Source of the DNA: Neophaeotheca triangularis
Lineage: Eukaryota
DNA: 64,000 nucleotides
NCBI GenBank assembly: GCA_054600435.1
Contig: BAAIJX010000020.1
Location: 62,001 to 126,000 of the forward strand
Direction of reading: 5' to 3'
Shown here: piece after piece, positions 25,381 to 37,026 of the stretch
Position numbering within the stretch: the first letter of the stretch is position 1
Layout: every line of letters starts with the position of its first letter
Translations under genes and position numbers: made by a program
Notes under the pieces: model-generated
Told to the model about the DNA's origin: nothing
What the model saw: the letters and a program-made list of their open reading frames with translations, nothing else
The model's database searches: none

Positions 25381-25742
25381 TGTTGCGGTTTTTGAACGGG
25401 AGGTTGGTGCGTGTAGGAAGAGAGCGACGACTAGTTGGTGTGGTTGTGATTACAAGACGTTTGCGAAGTGAAGAGAGAGATACGTATTGAGGTCTGATGA
25501 GATACGGAGCTACCTAGGTGTAGATGTCGGAACGCGTTTCGCGGAGCTCTGGGGGTGTTGTTCTTGGCACTGCAGCTCTTCATGAACTCTATCTAACAGA
25601 CACCTGCAATTGCCATTGCGCATTGCTTAAATGTAATAGGCAATTAAACAACGCGTTCCGTTAAAGGTATTGCAACCGAAGAAAACATACATAAATGTAT
25701 AAAGACGTCAAAGGCATATCACTTCGTCACGACGATCACGCT

Positions 25743-26937
25743 CTAATCACCTCCGAGCCTCCTTCCCGCTCCTCTGTTGTTCCATCCGTTGCCACCAAAT
25801 CCACTCGACCACCCGCCACCACTACCGGTCTGAGCCTGTTGAACATTCTGCGCAGGACGAGCGGTAAACGCTGTCCCTGCTCCACGTTGCACACCGCCAG
25901 GCCTTGCGAACCATCTCTGCACAGTCTCGGGCGTCTTCAGCAGACGAGTCCCACCCCCATACTCGGGCCAGTACTTCGTTAAAAAGTCGTATGCATGAGC
26001 TGCGATGACACCAGTGGCTTGGTTCATCGCATCTTGCGGAGAGCTCATGACGAAAGTCATGGCGAGCATTGCGTATGGGAGGTATTTCGCGGAGAATGTG
26101 ATGATGAAATAGGTGAGCTGCCTCGTGGGGTTCTCTTGGGCGTATGTGTACGCGAGGGCGAGAGTCAAGGGGCTTAGGAACATAACGCCTCCTAGAAAGT
26201 AGCCGCAAGATATCTGATCAAGGCGTTAGCCCTTGAGATCCAACGTGAGACGACAAGAAAAGGATCGCTTCGTCATTGAGAGTATGTAGGGCCCAGTAAC
26301 CCCCCGACTCCACAAAGTCAATAGTCGGGGTTCTCATACTGGATTCCCACCGTGCCCACACTCCACAAACCACCCTAAAGAATTTTGCGAATGACGGGTG
26401 GATGCACAGTGCAGGGGTAATCTTCCTCAGTTCCAGGAACCGTTATAGCTAGAAAAGGGCTATACGGGCAGATATAAGAGGTGGTGATGTGCAATAAGGT
26501 GGTATAGGAGAGTAAAAGTCGAATAGATCCAACGATATATGCGGCATGCTTACCATTATGACTATGCCGACAAAGATCAGATAGACGAAGAAGTCACCGG
26601 GTTGACTGAACCTCGACGCTTGGGTCTCGAGTTGGCTGCCATAAGTGTACAAGAAGTACGGATCGAGCAGCAGGCCAAGCTTGGGTCCCGTGAGAATGAA
26701 TGGCGTTACGAAGCGCCATATCTCAGGCAGCTTCCGCCAGCTGAAAATTTTGTAGGTGAGGAAGACGACATAGTACGGATCAAGAATGCCCATCCAGACT
26801 GTGACGGACAGCAGTACGGTTGCTGCTGTGATGGTTCTGTAATCAGTATCAGAGGTTGTTGTTGCCTCAAGTTTTCAAGCTGTTGAAGCGTACCTCGAGA
26901 CGGGTGGAGCAGCCCAGAACATGTCCATGGCCGACAT
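25743..26937 (-). CDS. DFM1: Derlin (Der1-like rhomboid pseudoprotease); exons 26937-26894, 26836-26554, 26213-25743
   Basis: FWAAPPVSR|T, PEIWR..TPF, DPYFLYTYGSQLE, AKYLPY, GVIAAHAYDFL, C-terminal SHP-box-like GAGRRLGG. Confidence 0.85.
26282..26450 (-). ncRNA. Candidate intronic H/ACA-like snoRNA in derlin intron 2
   Basis: 340-nt intron; hairpin ccagta..ccccgact/agtcgggg..tactgg followed by ACA; 5' boundary and H box not defined. Confidence 0.4.
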
Positions 26938-27308
26938 GTTAGAGTGAAGGCGGCTTTGTAGCCTTTGCAAAGCTTAATGCTCTGGAAAGCAAGATGCCTG
27001 CCTAATTGAAGACTGCCTTGATGTTGGTGATGTAGAGTGAAAGATGGGAAGAAGCTGTTGCGTGTTATTTCTGCCTAAAGTAGTAGGTGGTTTGCCAAGG
27101 CTTGAGGCTCTGCGGTTGGTCCCTGGCTACCGCCGATGACGGAAGGAAAGAGGGACGCGGAGGGGCATGAGAAAAGTCGTTTGGATGCAGGTGGCAGTTC
27201 ACTGACTGCAAACCAGTGCTTTTCAGCGGACTTCATACTCTTTATTATTTGATCTAATCAAGTTCAAACCGGTAATAAGCTCACTCGACCAGCAATACGA
27301 ACGCAATC

Positions 27309-28685
27309 ATGGACTCAATGCTTCCTTCTTCTGGCAGCTCGAACAAGGTCCTCCTCCTTGGAGCGGGCTTCGTCACAAGGCCAACCATTGTCGAACTTGA
27401 CAAGGTCGGCATCCAGGTCACAGTCGCATGTAGAACGCTCGACAGCGCGAAGAACCTGTGCGATGGCATGAAGCACGCCAACGCCATCTCCCTCAACGTC
27501 TCGGACAAGGATGCTCTCGAGCACGAGATCAGCAAAGTCGGCCTGGTCATCAGCTTGATTCCCTACACCTTCCATGCCCAGGTCATCCAGGCTGCTATCA
27601 ACCAGAAGACCAATGTCGTCACCACCTCCTACGTCTCCCCGGCGATGATGGAGCTTGACCAGGCTGCGAAAGATGCTGGCATCACTGTCTTCAACGAGAT
27701 TGGTTTGGACCCCGGCATTGACCACTTGTACGCCGTCAAGACCATCACCGATGTCCACAGGGAAGGCGGTAAGGTTACAGGCTTCCTGTCATACTGCGGT
27801 GGTCTCCCTGCCCCTGAGAGCTCCGATAACCCTCTCGGTTACAAGTTCTCTTGGTCCCCACGTGGTGTCCTGCTCGCCGCCCGCAACACTGCCAAGTTCT
27901 ACAAGGACGGCAAGGCTGAGACTATCCCTGGCCCTGAGTTGATGAGCACGGCAAAGCCTTACCTCATCTACCCTGGCTACGCTACTCTTGCCTACCCCAA
28001 CCGTGACAGCACGCCCTTCCGCGAGCGCTACAGCATCCCCGAGGCCCAGACTGTCATTCGCGGTACCCTCCGCTACCAAGGCAACCCATCTTTCATCCAA
28101 ACCCTGACCGACCTGGGCTTCCTCAGCGAAGAGCCGCAAGAGTTTCTCAAGGGCAAGATCAGCTGGAAGGAGGCCACAGCCAAGATCATCGGCAGCACAA
28201 GCCGCGCCGATGAGGACTTGGTCTGGGCCATCAGCTCCAAGGCCAAGTTTGCCAACACGGACGAGAAGAACCGCATCATGGCAGGTCTTCGTTGGGTTGG
28301 TCTGTTCTCTGACGAGGACATTGACCCCCGCGGCACTCCGCTCGACTGCCTGTGCGCAAGCTTGGAGAAGAAGATGCAATACACCGAAGGTGAGCGCGAC
28401 ATGGTCCTGCTGCAACACAAGTTTGAGATCGAGTGGGCGGACGGCAAGAAGGAGACCAGGACATCGACGCTGTGCGAGTACGGTGCGCCCGAAGGCAGCG
28501 GCGGCTACAGTGCCATGGCGAAGTTGGTCGGTGTGCCAGCAGCAGTTGCTGTTCAGATGGTTTTGAGCGGCGAGATCAAAGACAAGGGTATCCTTGCGCC
28601 TGTCACGCACGAGCTGGCTGAGCCCATCAGGCTGAAGCTCAAGGAGCAATATGGCATTGAGTTGACGGAAAAGACATTGGCTTAG
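27309..28685 (+). CDS. LYS9: Saccharopine dehydrogenase (NADP+, L-glutamate forming)
   Basis: VLLLGAGFV, VVTTSYVS, NEIGLDPGIDH, SYCGGLPAPE, NPLGYKFSWS, YPNRDS, RGTLRY, SAMAKLVG. Confidence 0.97.
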   Translation: MDSMLPSSGSSNKVLLLGAGFVTRPTIVELDKVGIQVTVACRTLDSAKNLCDGMKHANAISLNVSDKDALEHEISKVGLVISLIPYTFHAQVIQAAINQKTNVVTTSYVSPAMMELDQAAKDAGITVFNEIGLDPGIDHLYAVKTITDVHREGGKVTGFLSYCGGLPAPESSDNPLGYKFSWSPRGVLLAARNTAKFYKDGKAETIPGPELMSTAKPYLIYPGYATLAYPNRDSTPFRERYSIPEAQTVIRGTLRYQGNPSFIQTLTDLGFLSEEPQEFLKGKISWKEATAKIIGSTSRADEDLVWAISSKAKFANTDEKNRIMAGLRWVGLFSDEDIDPRGTPLDCLCASLEKKMQYTEGERDMVLLQHKFEIEWADGKKETRTSTLCEYGAPEGSGGYSAMAKLVGVPAAVAVQMVLSGEIKDKGILAPVTHELAEPIRLKLKEQYGIELTEKTLA

Positions 28686-29083
28686 ATGGGGAACCGATAC
28701 TTCCCAGCGAGATCAAAAGTTATTTTAGATTGACGAGTTTATGAAGCAAGGCTCGTATGCTGGATTCGTGAATGTACCCTCACGTTTTGTGTATGTCCCG
28801 TTCTCTTGGTCGAGTCATCTTTGTTGCACAATTGGATACCTGTTGCCCCGGAATTCAGGCAGAAACGATAAAGAAAGTCTTGGCATATGTCATCTCATAT
28901 CTGGTGGGGCGGCTACGGTGCAGGCGTGAACGAAAGATTTCAACCTTGCGAATTCTCCACGACTTCACCCCCACTACCTCCGACTCCTCTTCTCCCTTCT
29001 CTATTTATCTAACTGGTGAGAGGACCCTCACTACCACATAATACCCTACCTACCAACAAACACACCTACACACCCACTTCACC

Positions 29084-31108
29084 ATGGTTTCCGCATCCAA
29101 GGCAGCCCGTGACGCCAAGCGCGCAGAGGCCGGCAAGGACAAGCCCAAGAAGACGGCAACCTCCAGGGTCGCGTCCAAGAACGCCTCCAAGGCTAGCAGC
29201 GTCAACGGTGATGAGCCTCTCCTTGACGCTGACGGCAACCCCCTCCCAGAGTCGGAACAGCCTGCACTCACCGACAAGGTCGCCAAACTCGCCCTGCAAG
29301 AGGATGACAAGGGCATTTCAGACCGAGTGACGACCGGTGTGCTGGCCTCGCTCGAAGCCAGCAGAGACGTCAAGATCAACTCCGCCTCGCTTGTGTTCCA
29401 CGGCAAGGTTCTCTTCAACGACACCACACTCGAAGTAAGCTATGGTCGTCGCTATGGCTTGCTCGGTGAGAACGGTTGTGGTAAATCCACACTACTCCGG
29501 TCGATCGCTAGTCGAGAGTTCCCCTTCCCAGACCACATCGACATTTACCTGTTGAACGAGGGTGCTGAGCCTTCAGACTTTGGTGCTCTAGAGTGGGTTG
29601 TGAAGCAAGCAGAGGCGGAGCTGGCCAGACTGGAGAAGAAGGCTGAAGAGATTTTGGAGGATGATGGCCCGGACAGCCCTAAGCTCGAGGAGCTGTACGA
29701 GCGCATCGATGGCATGGACCCCTCTACCTTCCACACACGTGCCTCCCTCATCTTGACTGGTCTCGGCTTCAACAAGAAGACGATTGAGAAGAAGACCAAG
29801 GACATGTCTGGTGGCTGGCGTATGCGTGTGGCCCTTGCCAAGGCCCTTTTCGTCAAGCCTTCGCTTTTGCTCCTCGACGACCCTACCGCACATTTGGATC
29901 TTGAAGCCTGCGTGTGGCTCGAAGAGTACATGAAGAAGTGGGACCGCACTCTCATCATTGTCTCTCACTCCATGGATTTCATCAACGGTGTCTGCACCAA
30001 CATGGTCGACATGCGTGAAAAGCAGCTGCTTTATTACGGAGGCAACTACGACTCGTACTGGAAGACTCGCTCCGAGCAGGAGGTCAACCAAATGAAGGCC
30101 TACGAGAAGCAACAAGAAGAGATCAAGCACATCAAGAAGTTCATTGCCAGCGCCGGTACCTATGCCAACTTGGTGCGTCAAGCCAAGTCCCGCCAGAAGA
30201 TTCTCGACAAGATGGAGGCCGACGGCTTCATCCAGCCCGTCCACCAAGACCGTGTTTTCACATTCCGTTTCGCCGATGTCGAAAAGCTGCCCCCGCCTGT
30301 GCTTTCTCTCGACGACGTCACCTTCTCCTACTCGGGCAAGAAAGAAGACACCCTTTACGAGAACCTTGACTTCGGTGTCGACATGGACTCCCGTACAGCC
30401 TTGGTCGGACCCAACGGTGTCGGCAAGTCCACTCTCCTGCGCATTTTCACTGGCAAGCTCTCGCCCACCTCTGGCGCCGTGTCCAGGCACACCCATCTCA
30501 AGCTCGGCATGTACAGCCAGCACTCGGCCGAGCAGCTCGATCTCACCAAGAGCGCTCTCGACTTCGTTCGCGACAAGTACTCCTCGCAATCGCAGGACTA
30601 CCAGTACTGGCGCCAGCAACTGGGCCGCTACGGTCTTTCCGGTGAATCGCAGACTGCGCTCATGGGCACGCTTTCAGAAGGCCAGAAGGCCAGAATCGTC
30701 TTTGCCCTGCTGGCCATTGAAGGACCAAACATGCTGCTCCTTGACGAGCCGACCAACGGTCTGGATATCCCCACCATCGACTCTTTGGCCGATGCCATCA
30801 ACGCCTTCTCGGGTGGTGTTGTTGTCGTCTCCCACGACTTCAGGTAAGACTGCACTCGTTCTCCTCCACTAACCCCTTTCCACGTTTTCTCTTCACTCCC
30901 CCCGTGAAACTCCGAACCCATCATCCTTGTCACGATCAACTCGAAGTAAAGTACCAAACCACTCACACTTCTTCAAAACAGACTCCTCGACAAGATTGCC
31001 AAGGACATCATGGTTTGTGAGAACAAGACCGTGACCCGCTGGGACGGCAGCATCGGCCAGTACAAGAACCACTTGCGCAAGAAGATGATCAACGCCAACG
31101 CCGTCTAA
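29084..31108 (+). CDS. ARB1: ABC-F family ATPase (ABCF2/Arb1); intron 30844-30981
   Basis: Two ABC domains without [56 protein letters not shown]. Confidence 0.95.
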
Positions 31109-32143
31109 GGGAGGAGCACAAGACAAGTACCCTTTCCAAAAGTGCGCGTGTGAAGGGGGACGAAGAAATGAGACTGCGGTATCAGGCTCATCGGGGAGAA
31201 ATGGTTATGACTCGCGAAATGACACAAGAAGCAAGAACCCCTACGATTATTTTCATTCCATGCGATGCATCTCTGAGCCAACGAACGGTCGGGGCGGGAT
31301 GCGTTCCCAACTGAAGAAAGACCGGGGATGCTGGAACCTCATGATACACACATTCGTGATTTGCATGGGCGAAGGAGGGTTTCTTTTGCCAGCATGAAAG
31401 CTTGGTTGGGGGGAAATGGAATAGACCGCGATGAGACCAAAAATGGCGTTTTTTTTTTTTTTTGGTTCCTTTTCTTTGGTATTGCTTAGGTGGTAGTCGA
31501 ATGAACATGGCTATCACAACTATCCACGACTCTTGTCTCTGCCCACTAAGCGAGGCTCTCGCTTTTGCTGATGAGTCTTGCTCGCTCGCTCGCTGCGCCC
31601 GGGCTATTGCGTCTTGTTTTGCTCTCGTGTACTACAGAATCCTGCTCGATAGGTAATGACTTTTCCCCCTCCACCCTCGGACTGGCTTACTCTTCGACTG
31701 CACGCGCAGGCATGACGGGGCTAAAGCCAGACGAAGAATCATCACCGTGCGAGCTCCACACTGCTTTCCCTTTCTCCCTTTCCAAGGGTTTAGGAGTATG
31801 CTGACACGGCTACTTGACTTGCTCACACGACTTGCTGTTGTTACCGTTACCACTACAGCCTTTCTAATGACTACCTAGCTACCGCGTCCGTCCGCTCATT
31901 CATTAGCCATATTGTTACAACCGGCCCCTTAGCAGGCGCTGAAAACCCCCTCCGACAATCAAACCCAACCTGAGGCGAGGTTGGAAGAAGTCGGGTGAAG
32001 GGAGAGAGAGAGAGAGAGAGGACTAGAACCCAGCACATTGTGCCCCGCCGTACCGAGATCCCGCATCGCGATCCCAACCGTTGCAATCATCCGCTCTATG
32101 TGACCCTCTCTCTCGCCATTCCACCCTCGGCAGCAACACAACC

Positions 32144-33946
32144 CTATATCTTCACCTCTTTCAACCCCTCCACAGCCCCGGCAACAGCCGCATCCTCCTC
32201 CTTCTCCAAATCCCCAGCCCTCTCCCCGTCAGCACCCTCCTCTACCTTCCCTCCCTCACCACCACTAGAATCTACCTCCCTCAACCGACTCTTCGGAAAA
32301 CTCCCCCTACGCCCCACCTCGCCCTCCTTATTCTCCACATCCACAATCGGCGAGTGCAAACCCATCAAGTTCTCCGTGCTTCCTGTCTCCACAATTGGAG
32401 CGGCGGGGCGGTTGGCATTCCTGGCAGCGAAATCCATGCTCGAGACGGCGGGGAGTTGGGGTTGTTCTTCCGCAACGCGCGCGAGGGGGCTGGAGAGGTG
32501 CGCGCGGGGCGAGGAGGTGTTGTTGTGGTGGGCGGGCGCTTTGCCGTTGTTAAGGCGGTGCGGGCTGCGGCCGCGTTCCTCGGGGCCTGCCGAGGGGCTG
32601 GCGTAGGGCGAGTAGCCATTTGCGTTTGGCGAGACGTTGCTGTTGATGCGGAGGCCGCTTTTGCCGTTGCCATTGCCGCCGCTTCGGCGGGGTGCCATTT
32701 TGCGGCCGTGCTTTTGGTCGCAGCGCCAGCGCAGGATGTCCAGGTATGCGGGCTCGACGCCAGGTTGTTTGAATTCGCGCAGTTTGAGCTCGTTGCTTTC
32801 CTCTTCTATCCATGCCTTGTCTGTGTTCATGTCGTCGGCGAGGGTGGCGAGGAAGGCAGCCCAGCTGCGGGCGACGACGTATTTGCAATCGTAGTCACGT
32901 CCCATGATGATGACTTGACCCCATTGGCCTGTTGGGCCGGGTGCGAGGTCCAGGGCGATGTTGTTGCCTCCCCAGTCGCGGGCGAGAGGGATCCAGGACG
33001 GGTGGGCGTAGGCTTTTTGTATGGCGTTGGGAGGCTGGCTGTCTTGCTTGTCTAGAAGTTCTTGACGCCAGTGCGGGTTGCCGACGTTTTGGGGCTGGGC
33101 AACTGGCACAGCCGATGAAGAGGAAGCAGTTCCAAAGGCTTTGAGCGGAGCGGTGGGGATAGAGTAGCTTTGTTGATCGCTTTGGCTGTCGGCGCCCAAA
33201 TAAGCTTCGTTTACTGTGCGCCATTGCTGCCACTCCTGCATGATTTCCTCGCAGTCGAGCAGCATGCAGCCAAAAACGACACCCGTAGGAAGACCGCCCC
33301 GCTCTTGTCCATCGTGCACCATGAGGGACTCGCGCACTTCCTGAGGCAGCGTGCAGTCCAATTCATGCTCGAGCTCGTTGACATCGTTCATTGTCGCGCC
33401 CATGCAGATGTTCTCGAACAGCTCCTCGTAATTGTCTTCCAGCCAGCGATCAATGCGCTTCCAGCTGTGCGAGACGGGAGGTGGAGGGGGCAGACCCTGT
33501 GAGAAGTTCTGCATTTGAATCTCACCCGGCGCGACATCGTCGAGCTTGTTGCCCGCCATGTCGGTTTCGCTCTGTTGACGCTGCAATTGCGTCCGCATGC
33601 CAGGCGAGTATGGAACGCCAGGTGACATGGGCGCACCATTGCTATTGACGAAGCCATTCTGTGATTCCGAGTCGGCGCCGTAAGCAGGGTTGAGTTCGGT
33701 GCGGGACTCTAGAGCGCTTGTCGCGACGGAGGTGAGCGGGGTGTGACGGCTTTGAGGGAGGGGAACATGTTGCCCGGTGCGGTAGGGAGAGTCGTGTGAA
33801 GCGTGTCGGTCGTTGGAGGTCATGGTGTGCCAGAAGGCGCGCCATTGTGAAGCTATGCTGTTGGCCCCGGAGTTAGCATGGGATTGTAGACAAGAGCGTG
33901 AGGGCTTCGTCTTCTTGCTGGTGAAGAAGACGTACTTGGATGCCAT
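32144..33946 (-). CDS. SMI1: Smi1/Knr4 glucan synthesis regulator; 78-nt intron 33935-33858
   Basis: WHTMTSNDRH, SWKRID.W, HDGQE, LLDCEEI, AYAHP.WIPL..DWGGNNI..DL.PGP.G.WGQVI..GRD. Confidence 0.93.
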   Translation of the reverse strand: MASKYVFFTSKKTKPSRSCLQSHANSGANSIASQWRAFWHTMTSNDRHASHDSPYRTGQHVPLPQSRHTPLTSVATSALESRTELNPAYGADSESQNGFVNSNGAPMSPGVPYSPGMRTQLQRQQSETDMAGNKLDDVAPGEIQMQNFSQGLPPPPPVSHSWKRIDRWLEDNYEELFENICMGATMNDVNELEHELDCTLPQEVRESLMVHDGQERGGLPTGVVFGCMLLDCEEIMQEWQQWRTVNEAYLGADSQSDQQSYSIPTAPLKAFGTASSSSAVPVAQPQNVGNPHWRQELLDKQDSQPPNAIQKAYAHPSWIPLARDWGGNNIALDLAPGPTGQWGQVIIMGRDYDCKYVVARSWAAFLATLADDMNTDKAWIEEESNELKLREFKQPGVEPAYLDILRWRCDQKHGRKMAPRRSGGNGNGKSGLRINSNVSPNANGYSPYASPSAGPEERGRSPHRLNNGKAPAHHNNTSSPRAHLSSPLARVAEEQPQLPAVSSMDFAARNANRPAAPIVETGSTENLMGLHSPIVDVENKEGEVGRRGSFPKSRLREVDSSGGEGGKVEEGADGERAGDLEKEEDAAVAGAVEGLKEVKI

Positions 33947-36406
33947 TCTGTTTGGCGAAGGCGACGGGCGCGCACAATCGCGTGCCTACGGTAGCGACAG
34001 TCAAGCGGTGTCGGTGTCGGTGTCGGTGGTGGTGTTGGCTGAAGAGAGAGTGGTGTGCGTTGTTGTTGACGTCGCGGCGCCGGCGATTCGTGTTCGGCGT
34101 CCCCCTACCTCTTACCACCCGACAGCGTTAGGTTGTGGGAGTGGAAGATGAAGGGAAAATGGTGTTGAGGCGGCGTGGTGGGAGTGGGAGTGGGAGTGTG
34201 AGTAGGAGTGGTAGGGTCAGGCACGTCAGGTAGGATTTGGGTTGGTAAGATTAGGTAGGTAGCGAGTGTCAGTGCAGGTGGTGAAGAAGGTAAAAGTCGG
34301 CAGAACGTCACTGTCGTCTTGCCGCTGCCTGCCCTGCCCCTGGATGCAAAGTGTCTGTGCTTTGCTGCCTGTCACGTGTAAGGGATGCTAGTACCTTACC
34401 TAAGGTATGATGGATACAGTATGGATATAACAAACCTGCAGAGTTTGTACTAGATACTTAGGCACAGTAAGGTAGTACTAAGTACAGCCACCATGTCCTA
34501 CAGGTAAGGTACTTTGTTAGTACGAGTAGCACAGAAAGTGTATGGAATATGTACTAGTCTGCACCGTTGCTGGACCCTTATCGCCGCCGCATGTGGCTGC
34601 TATAGAGAGGTGCTCATTATTATTACCTAGGTATGGTAACGTCGGGTATATATACCAATCATCATTCACAACTAACGATCAACATTATATCAGACCAGAT
34701 CATCAACACCGGACCCATTAGACCGACCAACCAGCACTTCTTCGGCTCTCCATGGGAACTGCTGTTACGTCCTGCTTGCTGCCGATGATGACAACATCCT
34801 CCCTCCTACCGACGTCTTCCCTTTCTCTCTACTTCGACTACTACTACCTAGCTAAAGCACCTCCTGCAGACGCCTTACTCCGAGCCGCCTTTAGCAGACC
34901 AGATAGGTCACGTGGTGATGATAATGTGGGGATTTTCTCGACCTCCCTTACCCCTACGCGACAACATTCCCCAACCCTGAGGCTTGCGGCAAACGACAGC
35001 AAAACAGGACAGTGACAGACCATTATTCACCTTTCCACATAACAGCGAGTCCTGAACGATCAAACGTAGAGTGGAAGTCTCGATATGCAAAGCGACCATG
35101 TCCGGACCGTCTACGTCGCTGTCTCGGGCTTAGGCTTTGCTGTTGCCACGCGTTCTGGAAGTCTATCCGTGCATAACGTTAACGACGCCGACTTCTTCAA
35201 GTGTACGGGCTACAGGACAGTAGTAAAGTAGAAGGCATGAATATCTGCTTCCACTCCAGCAAAAGGTATTGAGAAGACAGACAACTTCCAAAATTAGTAA
35301 CTTCCCTCTTGAAGGAACTCTTCAACCTCTCTACTCTGGACCCCAAATCCGCCCTCGCTCACACCACAAGTCATCCAACCAGCCATCGGTATCGAGTTAG
35401 GTCTATCAAAGAAAAGCAACAAACACCAACCACCCCGACATCAACACCGAGACCTTCCCCCATCCGCAACCGTCCAAGTCCTCGCATACCTACCTCACCT
35501 TTCACGCGACGGCACCCCTCTCCACGAATCTGAGCAGAGGTCTCCACATCCACTCGCCCACCCGCACCGCCTCGAGGGCTCCAGGCCGTGATGATCCAAT
35601 TTTCCAAGAACACGGCCATCGGTAGGTCCTGCGCAATAGCTCAGTCTTCTACTACTGGAGTGGAAGGCGGGAGTGCAATAGGCGAGGCCAGCATGAACGG
35701 CGCCAAGCGATCACGTGAGAGCGACGCCTGAGGAGTGCGAAGCGCTGCCGCGAGCTGAAGGGTACCTTCCACTACTTTGCGTGGTAGGGTTGCGCTTCTA
35801 ACAGCTAGGGATGTGGTGCTTCTTATCGAAACGCGGCTGTGGAGAGCGGTGAGTAGACTCGGCGGGCTTAGTCGAATCCCCTAGGACGAAAGCACGCGTG
35901 GCTATAAAGGTCAACAGTGTCCTGAGTCGAAGGGATGGGACGTAATCCCTTCTTTTCAAAAGCTGAAATCACAAATCATCTCAACGTCTCTGTAGGACTG
36001 TTCGTATCATAACCCCCATATATATATCTTCGTCGTCGTCGGAGCAATTCCATCTCTTCTTCACGCTTGCCATTTTATTAGGCGGAGCAATAACGATTTT
36101 TTGAAACCCATGCAGTTGATGTGACTGTTTACTGTCGTCGGGTCGTCTCAACGATGCCATTCTCGCGGTGTTGGAAGTAAGTACTAAGAGCCTACACAAC
36201 GCACAACCCACTGCGCGAGATCGGTTGTACCGTAAGGTAGCTCAGCTTAGCGATTCTACGTCTCTAGGTATAGACGTCCGGGGAGAGTAGGTATCCAACC
36301 AAGCGGATAGCTGGCCACTAACACATAAGTAGCCATGTACTGTCAAGGCACAGTATTCGTGGGTGCTACAGACGGGCCAATCAGTTTACTGGTAGCTGTA
36401 CCAAAC

Positions 36407-36436
36407 GCTCAGCTCAGCTCAGCTCAGCTCAGCTCA
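36407..36436 (+). repeat. (GCTCA)6 microsatellite
   Basis: Six direct copies visible. Confidence 0.9.
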
Positions 36437-36729
36437 TCATAGCGCCGTCAGCCGACCTGGGAGCTTCCATCCAGATGAGATCCTTCGGGGAGGCATTTAA
36501 AAAAGCCGAGGGAAGCTGTCATGGACTCAGCCCAAACCACTCGAACCAAAGGATAAAGCCTATCTTCTCTGTTGCCAACTCTCGCAGACTTCACTCGAGA
36601 ACCCAAACTCTAACCCTCGTCCTCGAAACCACCAAGACCGACACCAAGTCCAGAACCAGGACGACAAAAACACTAGCACAAAGGCTCCCCTGAAACAAAA
36701 ACCCCCGTAAGAAACGGGAAAATCGAAAA

Positions 36730-37026
36730 ATGGGCCTCTGCGCTTCCCGCCACGACACTTCAGACCCCACCCAACAAGCCTACACCCAACAAGCCCAGTC
36801 TCACCCCCGTTCCTGCTCTCGCTCCAGCTCCTCAGACTTGCCCGGCAAGGGACCAGACTCGCACGATTTCGCCAACAACCATCCGTCGAGGCAGGGCGGG
36901 ACGGGGGCGTTCGTTCCGGTGACTTTTGGCATGGGGGGTGCTTATGGAGGCGGGCATACGGGGGCAGGGGGCGGGCATACCGGGGTGGGAGATTGTGGTG
37001 GTGGCGGCGGTGGAGGGGGATTTTGA
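36730..37026 (+). CDS. Small protein D (98 aa): MGLCAS N-terminus, Gly-rich C-terminus
   Basis: aaaaATG context after a C/A-rich leader; first 20 nt identical to small protein A; tail GGGHTGAGGGHTGVGDCGGGGGGGGF. Confidence 0.72.
   Translation: MGLCASRHDTSDPTQQAYTQQAQSHPRSCSRSSSSDLPGKGPDSHDFANNHPSRQGGTGAFVPVTFGMGGAYGGGHTGAGGGHTGVGDCGGGGGGGGF

Noticed and set aside
27203..27208. TGACTG upstream of LYS9 as a Gcn4/CpcA site
   Set aside because: Single imperfect match to TGACTC; too short to support
29588..30619. 343-aa ORF antisense to ARB1 (likewise 27789-28649, 32081-33055, 37114-38085, 52176-53198)
   Set aside because: Long antisense frames expected from GC-rich codon bias in well-supported genes
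35981..36211. ORF listed as MGCALC..., a possible fifth acylation-motif protein
   Set aside because: Its start codon is GTG, not ATG, and there is no Gly-rich tail
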